58,706 nt of DNA. It comes from Actinomycetota bacterium (lineage in GTDB: Bacteria; Actinomycetota; Humimicrobiia; JAHJRV01). Each line of letters opens with the position of its first letter. Position 1 is the stretch's first letter. The notes under the pieces are model-generated. The model was not told the DNA's origin and made no database searches. It worked only from the letters and a program-made list of their open reading frames with translations. Of the stretch, positions 47,577-58,344 are shown piece by piece. Both the position numbers and the translations under genes were made by a program. Location: positions 1 through 58,706 of the forward strand of contig JAHJRV010000035.1 in NCBI GenBank assembly GCA_018830725.1, given 5' to 3'.

Positions 47577-48134
47577 TTATATATATCTATAAAAAGACAC
47601 TACTGACTCTCCAACCTTTGTGTCTTTTATGAGTTTCAACTTTTTAAAAATTTCAGAAAAGGAGATCCTTTTAGAATGATGATAAATTAGTTCCCCACCC
47701 ATAGTTAAAAGCTCGCTTTTAACTATCTTTTCTAAAATATTTTTTATCCTAACTTCATTTATTTTATATGGTGGATCACAAAATATGATATTAAATTTTA
47801 ATTTTTTGTTGGCTAAAATATTTATAGATTTAGCTACATCCATAATAAATACATCAGACACATCTTTAAATGATGTATTTATTATATTCTGCTTTAAAAA
47901 ATTTGCAACAGTATAATCCTTTTCTATAAAAACAGCTCTTTTTCCCCCTCTGCTTAACGCTTCAATTCCCAATGAACCTGAGCCAGCATATAAATCTAAT
48001 ATATATGCATCAACTACCTTATTTGAGAGAGTATCAAAAACCATTTTCTTAATTCTATTTGTCATAGGTCTTGTAGATAAACCTTTTTTACATTTTAATT
48101 TTCTTCCTTTAGCTTTCCCTGCAATAACTCTCAT
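47577..48134 (-). CDS. rsmD: 16S rRNA (guanine966-N2)-methyltransferase RsmD
   Basis: SAM motif DLYAGSGSLGIEALSRG and DPPY. Confidence 0.9.
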   Translation of the reverse strand: MRVIAGKAKGRKLKCKKGLSTRPMTNRIKKMVFDTLSNKVVDAYILDLYAGSGSLGIEALSRGGKRAVFIEKDYTVANFLKQNIINTSFKDVSDVFIMDVAKSINILANKKLKFNIIFCDPPYKINEVRIKNILEKIVKSELLTMGGELIYHHSKRISFSEIFKKLKLIKDTKVGESVVSFYRYI

Positions 48135-48159
48135 AAAAAATTAAAAAAATAATTTTTAG

Positions 48160-50352
48160 TTAAATTTGCCAGAATTTATTTTCTGGATATTCAAAATTTA
48201 AAAAATTTATCAAAACTTTTGTGATTGGTGAACTGAGCGAAATATCATTTTTTATAATGGAAAATGCGTCCTTTCTTGATTTCTCTAATATTTCCTTGTC
48301 TCTCACAATACTTGATATTTTTAAATCTGGAATACCCCATTGTCTTTCACCAAAAATTTCACCTTCTCCTCTTATCTCTAAATCCTTATTTGCTAACTCA
48401 AACCCATCCTCTGTTTTTAAAAATGAATTTATTCTCTTGAATGCTTCATCAGTCTTTAAATCTGCAAATAAAATACAATACGATTTATGTTCCCCTCTTC
48501 TAATTCTCCCTCTTAATTGGTGTAATTGAGATAATCCAAAGCGATCAGCATTTTCTATCAACATTACTGTTGCATTTTTCACATCTATTCCAACTTCCAC
48601 AACGGTAGTTGAGATAAGAACATCAAGCTCCTTGTTTTCAAATCTCTGCATTATCTCCTCTCTTTTTTTAGAAGATAATTGTCCATGAAGTATTTCAACA
48701 TTATATTCTTTAAAAACTACCTGCTTTAACTCTTCAGCTTCTTTTATTACTGATTTAACTTTAAGTAAATCTGAATCCTCAATTAGTGGGCAAATAACAA
48801 ATGCTTGTCTACCCTCATTTAATTCACTTTTTATTAAGTTATAAGCTTCTTCTCTCTCACCTGGATGGAAAAGTCTTGTTTCAACACTTCCTCTACCTGG
48901 TGGCATCTCATCAATAATTGAAACATCTAAATCGCCATACATTGTTTGAGTAATAGTTCTTGGAATTGGTGTTGCAGACATGATTAAAACATGTGGGTAT
49001 TTACCTTTACTTTTTAACTGTTTTCTCTGAGCAACCCCAAATCTATGTTGTTCATCTACAATAACTAATCCTAAATTTGAAAATATCACTCTTTCCTGAA
49101 TTAATGCATGAGTTCCAATAACTATTTGATTTCCATCTTCCTTAATTTGCTTTAAAATTTTTAACTTTTCATTGGGTAAAGTTGAACTGCTTAGAAGAAG
49201 TACTTCAAAAGGATATTTTTTTAGCATTTTCTTAAAGTTCTTAAAATGTTGCCATGCTAAAACCTCGGTAGGGACCATTATTGCAGATTGATAACCATTC
49301 AATGATGAAATTATCATAGAAATCAATGCAACTACTGTCTTTCCGGAACCAACATCTCCCTGAAGTAATCTATTCATAGGGATTGGTTTTGAAATATCTT
49401 CTTTTATTTCATTAATAACTTTTTTCTGAGCTGCTGTGAGGTTAAAGGAAAGGCTTTTTATAAATTTTTCAATCTTCGGTTTATCTACATCCATCACTAC
49501 CGATTTTAAATCTATAGTCTGGGACTTCTTTCTGAGAGCTAAGCCCAATTGTAGAAAAAAGAGTTCATTATAAATCAGTCTATCTTTTGAGATTTTCAAT
49601 GAACTAAAAGAGCTTGGAAAATGGATTTGATTTATGCAATTTGATAAAGATGTAAGAAAATCCTGTCTTATCTTGATTTTATTTGGTAAAGGTTCTGGTA
49701 AAACTCCATACTTTGAAAGAATTTTGCTAAAAATCCTTCTTAAATTTTTAGTACTAATTCCAGCAGTTGACGGGTGTTTAGGTATTATTCTGCCAGTATG
49801 AATTTGATTTCTTTCACTCTTTATATCTAAAATGTCATAAAGAGGATTCATTATCTGAAGCTCATTAAATTTGTATTTTACTACACCACTATAAGCTACA
49901 AAAGTTCCCTTTTTTAATATATCAGCAATATAGTTTTGGTTAAACCAAATGCCTGTTATGTATCCAGTTTTATCCCATATATATATTTTTAACAAATCCT
50001 TTCTACTTCTTGTTCTGCTCTTATCTACTCTTTTTACCACCCCTATAATTGTTATTTCTTCTCCCTCCTTAACATCACAGATCTTTTTTACTTTGGAAAG
50101 ATCCAGGTATGTCCGTGGAAAATGATAAAGTAGGTCTTTTGTTGAAAAAAGATTTAATTTACCTAATTTATTAATTGTGGCATTACCGATTCCTACTCCC
50201 CTTATTTTTGATAAAGGTTTATAAAGAAACAGTTGGTTCTTTATGTTGTTCTCCTTGGGAAGAATTGATTCGAATTCACGTTCATAATGAAAATTTGGTG
50301 TTGATGTTATTCCTCCAAAATGGTTGTATTTGTCTTTAATATTTTCAAACAT
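48160..50352 (-). CDS. recG: ATP-dependent DNA helicase RecG
   Basis: Wedge/OB N-terminal domain and SF2 helicase motifs GDVGSGKT, DEQHRFGV, QLRGRIRRG. Confidence 0.93.
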   Translation of the reverse strand: MFENIKDKYNHFGGITSTPNFHYEREFESILPKENNIKNQLFLYKPLSKIRGVGIGNATINKLGKLNLFSTKDLLYHFPRTYLDLSKVKKICDVKEGEEITIIGVVKRVDKSRTRSRKDLLKIYIWDKTGYITGIWFNQNYIADILKKGTFVAYSGVVKYKFNELQIMNPLYDILDIKSERNQIHTGRIIPKHPSTAGISTKNLRRIFSKILSKYGVLPEPLPNKIKIRQDFLTSLSNCINQIHFPSSFSSLKISKDRLIYNELFFLQLGLALRKKSQTIDLKSVVMDVDKPKIEKFIKSLSFNLTAAQKKVINEIKEDISKPIPMNRLLQGDVGSGKTVVALISMIISSLNGYQSAIMVPTEVLAWQHFKNFKKMLKKYPFEVLLLSSSTLPNEKLKILKQIKEDGNQIVIGTHALIQERVIFSNLGLVIVDEQHRFGVAQRKQLKSKGKYPHVLIMSATPIPRTITQTMYGDLDVSIIDEMPPGRGSVETRLFHPGEREEAYNLIKSELNEGRQAFVICPLIEDSDLLKVKSVIKEAEELKQVVFKEYNVEILHGQLSSKKREEIMQRFENKELDVLISTTVVEVGIDVKNATVMLIENADRFGLSQLHQLRGRIRRGEHKSYCILFADLKTDEAFKRINSFLKTEDGFELANKDLEIRGEGEIFGERQWGIPDLKISSIVRDKEILEKSRKDAFSIIKNDISLSSPITKVLINFLNFEYPENKFWQI

Positions 50353-50419
50353 TTTAAAAAGTTATTTATAAGTAAATAAAATAAACTGATATGACAAATA
50401 AAAAGAATATCTTAATAAA

Positions 50420-52012
50420 TTACTCAATGGATATTAAAAATGGATATAATGGCTGACCACCATTATGAATCTCTATTTCCTTATCTAAAAATTTTCCTTT
50501 AAGCTTATTTTCAATTTCCTTTTTTTCCTTATCAGCCACATCTTCTCCACAATACAGAGTTATTACCTCACTTTCCTCATCTAACATTTTTTCAATCAAA
50601 GAAATTGTATTTTCTATTAAGTCATCTCCTATAACTACAAGTTCATTATTATAAAATCCTATCACATCTCCCTTTTTAATATCACCAACAGAGGATTTCG
50701 TTTCTCTAACCGCAAAAGTTATTTCACCAGTTTTAATATAACTTAAGCTTTCCTCCATTGATTTAACATTGACATCCATTTCTAAATCTTTATTGAAGGA
50801 GAGCATAGTAGAAAATCCCTGTGGAATTGATCTACTATTTATTACAGCAATATTTTTTTCTGTTAATTCTTTAACCTGAATAGCTGCAGGAATTATATTT
50901 TTATTATTTGGAAGTATGATTACATTTCTATTGGGGAGACTATTTACAGCTTTTGCAATATTAGCTGTACTTGGGTTCATACTTTGACCACCATCTACTA
51001 TTATATTTACACCTAAACTTTCGAAAATAGCTTTACTACCATCACCAATGCAAACTGATACTACTGCTATCTTATCTAACACTTTTTCGTCAATTTTTTG
51101 AGCTTCAGCTTGATCTTTCATATTATCTATCTTTATATTATGAATTTCACCTTCTTTTAAGACCCTTCTTATTACTAAATTGGGTTCATTAGTATGAACA
51201 TGGACATGGACATTTTTACTATTACCTACAACTAGAACTGAATTTCCTCTTTTCTCAATATATTTTTTTAACTTGTTAATATCAATATTTTCACCTTCTA
51301 ATAGAAACTCAGTACAATATGTATAAGTTAATTCTTCTTTTTGTTGTCCCAAGCCCATAAATTCAACTCCTTTTGTAACTACTGTGGGTTTTAATTCCTC
51401 TCCTTTTAATATACTTAACATTCCTAAAAAGATTATATATAATCCTTGCCCACCAGCATCTACAACATCAGCTTCTTTTAATACATCTAAAAGCAAGGGT
51501 GTTCTCTCTACCGATTTTTTAGCTTCTTCTACAATTTTTTCAAAAAAATCTTTTATTGTTTTACTTTTTTTTGATACATCTTTTGCAGAATTAGCAATAT
51601 CTTTAATAACAGTTAACATTGTTCCTTCAACTGGCTTCATTACACCTTCATATGCTACTTTTTTACCAAGTTCCAAAGCTTTTGTAAGATCTTTTATATC
51701 TACTTCTTTCTTCTTTCCAATATAATTAAATATTCCACGAAAAATCTGCGAAAGTATTACACCAGAGTTACCTCTCGCTCCTAAGAGAGAGCCTTGAATT
51801 ACAGCATTAGTAAGATTTTCCATAGTTAATTCATTTATGGATGATAATTCTTGAAATACAGATTGCATTGTTAGAACCATATTTGTACCAGTATCACCAT
51901 CAGGAACTGGAAAAACATTTAGTTCATTTATTTCTTCCTCATTCTTTTGCAAGTAAGCAAATCCGGATTCCAATAAATTATAAAAATCATTTGAAGATAG
52001 TACTTTGGCCAA
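50420..52012 (-). CDS. yloV: DAK2-domain fusion protein YloV
   Basis: N-terminal Dak2 motif VPDGDTGTNM and a YloV-type C-terminal domain. Paired with an upstream Asp23-like gene. Confidence 0.88.
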   Translation of the reverse strand: MAKVLSSNDFYNLLESGFAYLQKNEEEINELNVFPVPDGDTGTNMVLTMQSVFQELSSINELTMENLTNAVIQGSLLGARGNSGVILSQIFRGIFNYIGKKKEVDIKDLTKALELGKKVAYEGVMKPVEGTMLTVIKDIANSAKDVSKKSKTIKDFFEKIVEEAKKSVERTPLLLDVLKEADVVDAGGQGLYIIFLGMLSILKGEELKPTVVTKGVEFMGLGQQKEELTYTYCTEFLLEGENIDINKLKKYIEKRGNSVLVVGNSKNVHVHVHTNEPNLVIRRVLKEGEIHNIKIDNMKDQAEAQKIDEKVLDKIAVVSVCIGDGSKAIFESLGVNIIVDGGQSMNPSTANIAKAVNSLPNRNVIILPNNKNIIPAAIQVKELTEKNIAVINSRSIPQGFSTMLSFNKDLEMDVNVKSMEESLSYIKTGEITFAVRETKSSVGDIKKGDVIGFYNNELVVIGDDLIENTISLIEKMLDEESEVITLYCGEDVADKEKKEIENKLKGKFLDKEIEIHNGGQPLYPFLISIE

Positions 52013-52056
52013 ACTAATTACATCCTTTTTGAACTTCTTGTTTATTATTTAAAAAA

Positions 52057-52407
52057 TTATTTTATATTTACCTTCTGTATATTAATATCTACTTTTCCAA
52101 TTGGTAAAGATGTTAATTTTTCAAGATTAAACCTAATTGAATCTCTTAAACTATCAGCAACCTGCTTGAGATTCGTACCATATTGGACTATAACATGAAT
52201 TTCAATATTAACTTTATCTTTATCTCTACTTACAATTACACCTTTACTTTGATGTTCTCTATGTAGAAGTTTTATTATACCTTTCTTTAAGGATGGGTTT
52301 ACAAATCCTATAACACCATAACATTTACTTGAGACATTACTTACAATTTCAGCAATAGCAGTGTCAGATATTCGTATTTGACCACGAGATTCCTTGTTAA
52401 ATTCCAA
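52057..52407 (-). CDS. Asp23/Gls24-family protein (YloU-like)
   Basis: Asp23 pattern (ISDTAIAEIV...GV). TTG start after GGGGG. Conserved pairing with yloV. Confidence 0.82.
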   Translation of the reverse strand: MEFNKESRGQIRISDTAIAEIVSNVSSKCYGVIGFVNPSLKKGIIKLLHREHQSKGVIVSRDKDKVNIEIHVIVQYGTNLKQVADSLRDSIRFNLEKLTSLPIGKVDINIQKVNIK

Positions 52408-52468
52408 TATATTACCCCCAAATCATAATATTTATTTAATAGTAATATTTATTTTTAAAGTATTAAGA

Positions 52469-52497
52469 GTTGTAAACACATCTCTTAAATAGTTCAA
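52469..52497. repeat. 29-nt motif, copy C (GTTGTAAACACATCTCTTAAATAGTTCAA on + strand)
   Basis: Exact reverse complement of copy A. Matches copy B at 25 of 29 positions. Lies 62-90 nt upstream of the yloU start on the minus strand. Confidence 0.85.
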
Positions 52498-52698
52498 TTA
52501 ATTTTTAAATTAATATCACTTCTATAATCAATATTTGACGATTAATAATATTTTATTGTTTCCTTAAGTAAAAGAGAATGACGCTTGTTGCAAAAAATAT
52601 TTCATTTTCGCTAAACCTCTCTAGTAAATTTTAACAAAATTTATAAAACTATAAAAATTTAACATTTTATTATTGTAACAACAAAAATGTAAATATAT

Positions 52699-52727
52699 TT
52701 GATTTTTTTAAATAATAGTCATATAAT
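52699..52727 (+). promoter_or_regulatory. Putative sigma70-type promoter for rpmB
   Basis: TTGATT (52699-52704), 17-nt spacer, TATAAT (52722-52727), about 110 nt upstream of the rpmB ATG. AT-rich background makes chance matches likely. Confidence 0.35.
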
Positions 52728-52837
52728 TTCAAACTTACAAAGTAAAAATATATATTTGATATTGAAAAATAATTTATAATTAGGTTATATAATAATTTTT
52801 TTATAAACACTTATAAAAATACATAAAGAGAAATATT

Positions 52838-53032
52838 ATGGCAAGAATTTGTGAAATTTGTAAAAAAGGACCAGTATCAGGACATCAAATTAGCCATTCT
52901 CACAGGAAAACTAAGAGAAAATGGCTACCAAATCTCCATACAGTAAAAGTAAAAAAGGATAACCAAGTAGTTAAAATCAAGATATGTACTAAGTGTCTTA
53001 AAGCTGGAAAAGTAGAAAAAATAGTGAAGTAA
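52838..53032 (+). CDS. rpmB: 50S ribosomal protein L28
   Basis: MARICEICKKGPVSGHQISHSHRKTKRKWLPNL. Confidence 0.93.
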   Translation: MARICEICKKGPVSGHQISHSHRKTKRKWLPNLHTVKVKKDNQVVKIKICTKCLKAGKVEKIVK

Positions 53033-53087
53033 TATACAATTACTATTTGTTTTATCCATTTTTTATTTTCTATTTATATTTTAATAA

Positions 53088-53639
53088 TTACCTCAATATA
53101 AATTTTTCTGTTACCTCACCTGTTTTGATATTAAAGAAAGTTAATTCATTATCATGTAAGATTGCTCCAGATGCAGGTTTTTCATCTAACGAAATGCTTG
53201 CACTACCAGGATTTATGAAATAAGCATCCTCTATTTTTTCAAATGATTTACGATGAGTGTGACCTGTTGCGATAATATTATACTTATCTTTTTTTGCAAG
53301 TTTAAGAAAATCTTCCCTGCTCATATTATGCCCATGATTTATAAGAATTCTAAAAGGTTGAGAAACAATATAGGCAATTGGACTTTGAATGGGTCTTTCT
53401 ATTGCTATTTGGTCTACCTCACTATCGCAATTACCTTTACAGAAAATTATAGGTTTTTTCGATTCATTTAATAGCTGTGCTGCTTTCTTTGGATTATAGG
53501 ATTTCTTAATTGGATTGAAAACACCATGATTTAATATATCACCACAATGCAGAATAAAATCACAATCCTTAAAAATCTCGAGACTTTTTCTAATGGCTAT
53601 ATAATCGCCATGAGTATCGCTAAATATTCCAATTTTCAT
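53088..53639 (-). CDS. YfcE/MJ0936-family metallophosphoesterase
   Basis: Motifs FSDTHGD, CGDILNHG, GNCD, GHTH. Confidence 0.82.
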   Translation of the reverse strand: MKIGIFSDTHGDYIAIRKSLEIFKDCDFILHCGDILNHGVFNPIKKSYNPKKAAQLLNESKKPIIFCKGNCDSEVDQIAIERPIQSPIAYIVSQPFRILINHGHNMSREDFLKLAKKDKYNIIATGHTHRKSFEKIEDAYFINPGSASISLDEKPASGAILHDNELTFFNIKTGEVTEKFILR

Positions 53640-53653
53640 AATTAAAATTTAAT

Positions 53654-54121
53654 TTATTTTATTTCTTTTAACAAATTTGACATTTCAATAGCTGATATAG
53701 CTGCTTGATATCCTTTATTACCCATTTTTGTTCCTGCTCTTTCTATAGCTTGCTCAATAGTGTCTGCAATTATAATTCCAAATGATACTGGTATCTCTAA
53801 ATCTAAACTGACTCTTTCAATTCCTCTTGTTACTTGAGAAGCTACATATTCAAAGTGAGGAGTATCCCCTCGTATAACTGCTCCCAAACATATGATAGCA
53901 TCATATTTTTTTGTAAGTCCTAACTTTTTTGCAATAAGAGGTATTTCAAGACTTCCCGGAACATAAGCTATCTTAATGTTTTCCTCTAAACATTTATGTC
54001 TTTTTAAAGCATCTAATGCCCCTTCTAAAAGACGATTGGTTATAAAATCATTAAATCTGCTTACCACTATTGAAAACTTTAAATCTTCTGCTATTAAATG
54101 ACCTTCAAATTTCTTTTCCAT
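53654..54121 (-). CDS. ribH: 6,7-dimethyl-8-ribityllumazine synthase
   Basis: Full-length RibH similarity (VVSRFN..., [21 protein letters not shown]). Confidence 0.95.
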   Translation of the reverse strand: MEKKFEGHLIAEDLKFSIVVSRFNDFITNRLLEGALDALKRHKCLEENIKIAYVPGSLEIPLIAKKLGLTKKYDAIICLGAVIRGDTPHFEYVASQVTRGIERVSLDLEIPVSFGIIIADTIEQAIERAGTKMGNKGYQAAISAIEMSNLLKEIK

Positions 54122-54193
54122 TTATTCTCCTTTCTAAAAAATTATAATTTTTTACTATTTCAATTTTAATTTAATTCTTTTAGAGATTTGTGA

Positions 54194-55402
54194 CTATTTT
54201 TCGATACAATCAATTAAATGAGAAAGTTTATCTCTCTTTGTTTGTAAATATTTGATATTTTCTTTATGTGGTTTTACTACTATTGGAACTCTTTCTGTTA
54301 TTTTTAACCCGTATCCCTCAAGCCCCACAATTTTTCTTGGGTTATTTGTCAATAATCTTATTGTTGATAATCCTAAATCAACCAATATCTGGGCTCCAAT
54401 TCCATAATTTCTAAGATCTGCTGAAAAACCTAGTTCTTTGTTTGCTTCAACAGTATCTAAACCTTTGTCTTGCAGTCTATATGCTTTCAATTTATTTGAA
54501 AGTCCAATTCCCCTTCCCTCTTGCTCCATATATAGTAAAACACCTCTTTCTTCATCTTTTATCATCTTAAGAGCTTTAGACAACTGTTGACCACAATCAC
54601 ATCTTAGAGACTTAAAGACATCTCCAGTAAGGCATTGAGAATGTACTCTAACTAAAACATTTTGTTTATTTGTCACCTTACCTTTTTTCAAGACTACATG
54701 AACTTTCTCATCCAAAATTGATTGATATACAATAATATCAAATTTACCATATTCTGTTGGAAGTCTTGCTGTTGATATCTTTCTAATTAATCTTTCTCTT
54801 TTTCTCCTATATTCAATGATAGATTCTACTGTAACAATGGGCATATTAAACTCTTTTGCTATTTTTTCCAACTGATTTAATCTAGCCATTGTTCCATCAT
54901 CATTCATTATCTCGCATAAAACACCAGCAGGGAAAAGACCTGCTAATCGAGCTAAATCAATAGCAGCCTCTGTATGTCCCGCCCTCTTAAGCACGCCACC
55001 ATCCTTCGCTCTTAAAGGGAAAACATGCCCGGGCATACTTATATCTTCTGTTTTTGTTTTAGGATCAATTATTGTTAAAATTGTTGCAGCACGGTCAAAT
55101 GCAGATATTCCAGTTGATATTTTATGTTTCGCACCAACAGAAACTGTAAACGCAGTTCCATGTTTCGATGTGTTCTCAGTTACCATATCAGGTATCTGTA
55201 GTTCATTTAATCTAGAACTGATACAAGGCATACAAATTAAACCTCTACCAAACTTTGACATGAAATTTATATCCTCAGGAGTAACCTTCTCAGCAGCCAT
55301 TATGAAATCACCTTCATTTTCTCTGTCTTCATCATCAACCACTATTACCATTTTGCCTTTTTTAATTTCTTCTATTGCCTTTTCAATTGTGACTATGCTC
55401 AT
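54194..55402 (-). CDS. ribBA: Bifunctional 3,4-dihydroxy-2-butanone-4-phosphate synthase / GTP cyclohydrolase II
   Basis: DHBP synthase N-terminal half ([10 protein letters not shown]) and GCH II C-terminal half (CDCG, EGRGIGL). Confidence 0.95.
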   Translation of the reverse strand: MSIVTIEKAIEEIKKGKMVIVVDDEDRENEGDFIMAAEKVTPEDINFMSKFGRGLICMPCISSRLNELQIPDMVTENTSKHGTAFTVSVGAKHKISTGISAFDRAATILTIIDPKTKTEDISMPGHVFPLRAKDGGVLKRAGHTEAAIDLARLAGLFPAGVLCEIMNDDGTMARLNQLEKIAKEFNMPIVTVESIIEYRRKRERLIRKISTARLPTEYGKFDIIVYQSILDEKVHVVLKKGKVTNKQNVLVRVHSQCLTGDVFKSLRCDCGQQLSKALKMIKDEERGVLLYMEQEGRGIGLSNKLKAYRLQDKGLDTVEANKELGFSADLRNYGIGAQILVDLGLSTIRLLTNNPRKIVGLEGYGLKITERVPIVVKPHKENIKYLQTKRDKLSHLIDCIEK

Positions 55403-56052
55403 ATTATTTCTTTCCTGTAAAATTTTTTCTTTAAATTGTTATTAGTAATCTCTTTATTTTTATATCTATCTGAAATAAATTTATAGCAATATTTCGCAAG
55501 AACATCTGCTTCTAAATTTACATTATCATTGATACTTTTATTACCTAAAGTAGTATTTTTCAGGGTGTAAGGAATTAAATTAATTGAGAATTTTCTAATA
55601 AAAACATCCATTATGGTCAAACTAATACCATCTACAGCTATCGATCCCTTTTTCACTATATATTTCGCCAATTCTGGTGAGTGAGAAATCTCAAATATAT
55701 TAGAACCTCTTTCCCTTTTTATTTTTATTATTTTTCCAACTTCATCAACATGTCCTAAAACAATATGACCTCCTAATAAGGTTCCAAGAGTAATAGATCT
55801 TTCTAGATTTACCTTTCTTCCCACCTTAAGATATTTTAATGTGGTTTTTTCATATGTTTCAGGTAAGATATCAACACCAAACAAACCATGTCCAATCTCT
55901 GAAATTGTAAGACATACTCCATCTACACTTATGGAATCACCCAATTTAAGGTCTTCATAAATTTTTTTGCAAAAAATTCTTATAAAACTTTTTTCTGGAG
56001 ATAGTCTTACTTTTTTAACTATTCCAATTTCTTCAATTATTCCAGAAAACAT
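55399..56052 (-). CDS. ribE: Riboflavin synthase alpha chain
   Basis: [10 protein letters not shown] start and a duplicated lumazine-binding repeat. Overlaps the ribBA start by 4 nt. Confidence 0.93.
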   Translation of the reverse strand: MFSGIIEEIGIVKKVRLSPEKSFIRIFCKKIYEDLKLGDSISVDGVCLTISEIGHGLFGVDILPETYEKTTLKYLKVGRKVNLERSITLGTLLGGHIVLGHVDEVGKIIKIKRERGSNIFEISHSPELAKYIVKKGSIAVDGISLTIMDVFIRKFSINLIPYTLKNTTLGNKSINDNVNLEADVLAKYCYKFISDRYKNKEITNNNLKKKFYRKEII

Positions 56053-56099
56053 TTTTCCTTTTTCTAATCCGCTTAAGAAATTTTACTAATTAATTTTTA

Positions 56100-57230
56100 T
56101 TAAATAGGATAAGCTTCAATTAACACATCATCCCCTATTCTTTCTACCTTTGAGAAATTAAGTTTTTTAGTATCTACTATTCTTACAATTTCTAAGTCAC
56201 CGATAGTTTGAAAAGCATTATATCCGCCAATTATCATAGGAGCGATAAAAATATGAAATTTATCAACCAAATCTTGTTTAATAAATGATGTAGAAAGTGT
56301 TGGACCGGCCTCTATTAGGACAGATGTTATCTCTTTCTCACCCAATATTTTTAGTAATTCATTTAAATTTACTCTGTTTTTTAGCTCAATATTCTCATTC
56401 TTGTTTTCATTAACTATTAGAATCTCTGCTCCAAGTTCATTTATTTCTTTAGCTTTTTTCTTGTCATAATGCTTGGTTGTTGCAATAATTAATTTTGCTT
56501 CATTAGCAGTCTTTAATAATTTTGAATCCAATGGAAATTTAAGTTCTGAATCTACCACAATTCTTATAGGATTTTTTTTATTCTTGCCATATCTCACTGT
56601 AAGTAAGGGGTCATCTGCTAATACTGTCCCTACTCCAGTTAATATACTATCAAATTGACTTCTTATTCCATGTACATATTTTCTTGAAATATCTGAGGTA
56701 ATCCATTTAGAATCTTTTGTTTTAGTGCACATCTTACCATCTAGACTTATTGCCATTTTCAATGCAATAAAAGGTATCTTTTTTGTAATATGTTTTATGT
56801 AAATCTCATTTTGTTTTGATATTTCATCTTGTAAAAATCCAACTTCTACCTCAACTCCTCCTTCTTTTAGCTCTCTTATTCCCTTACCATTTACATTTGG
56901 ATTAGGATCAATCATTCCAACTATTACTTTTGTTATTCCACTTTTTAAAATTGTCTGAGTGCATGGTGGTGTATGACCATAAAAACAACAAGGTTCAAGA
57001 GTCACATACATAGTGGCTCCTTTCAGAGAAACATTGCAAGAATGTAGGGCTTCTACTTCTGCATGATTAAATCCTCTTTTTTTATGATATCCTTTTCCGA
57101 TTATCTCATCGTTTTTAACTAAAACAGTTCCAACCAGTGGATTGGGGCTTGTATTTCCCCTTGCTTTCTCTGCTAATTTGAGTGCAATATTCATATATTT
57201 TTTATGTACTTCTCTTTTAATATTTTTCAC
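56100..57230 (-). CDS. ribD: Bifunctional riboflavin biosynthesis deaminase/reductase RibD
   Basis: CMP/dCMP deaminase zinc motifs HAEVEAL and TLEPC..PPC, plus a RibD_C reductase domain. The start is uncertain: GTG at 57230, or ATG 12 codons downstream. Confidence 0.9.
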   Translation of the reverse strand: MKNIKREVHKKYMNIALKLAEKARGNTSPNPLVGTVLVKNDEIIGKGYHKKRGFNHAEVEALHSCNVSLKGATMYVTLEPCCFYGHTPPCTQTILKSGITKVIVGMIDPNPNVNGKGIRELKEGGVEVEVGFLQDEISKQNEIYIKHITKKIPFIALKMAISLDGKMCTKTKDSKWITSDISRKYVHGIRSQFDSILTGVGTVLADDPLLTVRYGKNKKNPIRIVVDSELKFPLDSKLLKTANEAKLIIATTKHYDKKKAKEINELGAEILIVNENKNENIELKNRVNLNELLKILGEKEITSVLIEAGPTLSTSFIKQDLVDKFHIFIAPMIIGGYNAFQTIGDLEIVRIVDTKKLNFSKVERIGDDVLIEAYPI

Positions 57231-57282
57231 CTATTGAACTTACTTTTATATAGATTTTTCTACTTATCAAAATATTTTCCTT

Positions 57283-57319
57283 AAATAAAATAAGCGCCAA
57301 GGAGAAAATTCCTCGACGC
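57283..57319 (-). terminator. Intrinsic terminator of the FMN riboswitch expression platform
   Basis: Minus strand reads GCGUCGAGGA-AUUUUC-UCCUUGGCGC (10 bp including two G-U pairs) followed by UUAUUUUAUUU. The P1 3' strand GGAGAAGAUUC can alternatively pair with GAAUUUUCUCC (antiterminator). Confidence 0.75.
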
Positions 57320-57327
57320 ATATATAG

Positions 57328-57435
57328 AATCTTCTCCCATCCAGACTATACTGTCGGCTCTGGAATAACCAGATCTGCCAAAAAGGCTCGCGGGCTTTTA
57401 CCGCCGGTAGGGAATTACACCCTGCCCTGAAGATT
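57328..57435 (-). promoter_or_regulatory. FMN riboswitch (RFN element)
   Basis: Minus strand carries the conserved RFN strings: AGGGCAGGGUGUAAUUCCCUACCGGCGGUAAAAGCCCGCGAGC ... GAUCUGGUUAUUCCAGAGCCGACAGUAUAGUCUGGAUGGGAGAAG. It sits directly upstream of ribD. Confidence 0.93.
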
Positions 57436-57461
57436 TTTATCTTTAAAAAATGTAATGATAT

Positions 57462-57490
57462 TATATACTATAAAAGCTATTATTTTTCAA
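57462..57490 (-). promoter_or_regulatory. Putative promoter of the rib operon leader
   Basis: Minus strand reads TTGAAA (57490-57485), 17 nt, TATATA(AT) (57467-57462), about 25 nt upstream of riboswitch P1. Confidence 0.3.
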
Positions 57491-57617
57491 TATTTTACCA
57501 AAAAATATGTTCTATATTTAAATAATTTTAATTAGTTTTTTTAAAGCAATCCTATTTTTTCTTAAATAATTTAATTAGCTACCAATTCCTTCTTTAATTT
57601 ATTCAATTCTCTAAAAC

Positions 57618-58295
57618 CTATAATTCAATTGAAGAGAAATTTTTTATAGCTTCTTCTGTATCACTGGATTTATATATTGCTGACCCAACTACTAAAATAT
57701 CAGTTCCGGCTTTTAATAATTTATGAGCATTATTTAAATTTATTCCGCCATCAACTTCAACTTTAACTTTAATGTCTTCTGAATCAATTATTCTCCTAAT
57801 TTTTCTAATCCTTTCATAGGTTTTTTTTATAAATTTTTGACCTCCAAAACCAGGAAAAACAGACATGACAAGAAGAAGATCAATATTTTTTAGGAAATTA
57901 GTTATATTTTTTATAGGGGTATCAGGATTTACAGCAAGTCCCACTTCAACCCCATATTTTTTAATCTCCTTTATAATATTTAATATTTCTATTGATGATT
58001 CTGATTCATAATGAATAATTATGCAACTGGAGCCAGCATCTATAAAATCTTTTATATATCTTTGTGGTTCTTGGATCATTAAGTGAGCTTCTAAAGGAAT
58101 ATCAGTAATATTTTTTATTGCTCTAACAATTGGAATTCCAAAAGAAATATTTGGTACAAAATGTCCATCCATTACATCAATCTGGATAAAATCAGCATAA
58201 GGCTCTATTTTTCTGATCTCATCCTCTAAATGTGTAAAATCTGCATCCAGTATTGAAACTGACAATTCATATGTTTTATCTTTTTTATTAACCAT
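57618..58295 (-). CDS. rpe: Ribulose-phosphate 3-epimerase
   Basis: Full-length Rpe similarity (SILDADF, DVMDGHFVPN, PGFGGQKF, VDGGI). Confidence 0.93.
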   Translation of the reverse strand: MVNKKDKTYELSVSILDADFTHLEDEIRKIEPYADFIQIDVMDGHFVPNISFGIPIVRAIKNITDIPLEAHLMIQEPQRYIKDFIDAGSSCIIIHYESESSIEILNIIKEIKKYGVEVGLAVNPDTPIKNITNFLKNIDLLLVMSVFPGFGGQKFIKKTYERIRKIRRIIDSEDIKVKVEVDGGINLNNAHKLLKAGTDILVVGSAIYKSSDTEEAIKNFSSIEL

Positions 58296-58344
58296 AATAA
58301 AATTTAAGTTTTGTTATAGGTTTGTTACAAAATTTCAAAGTATT

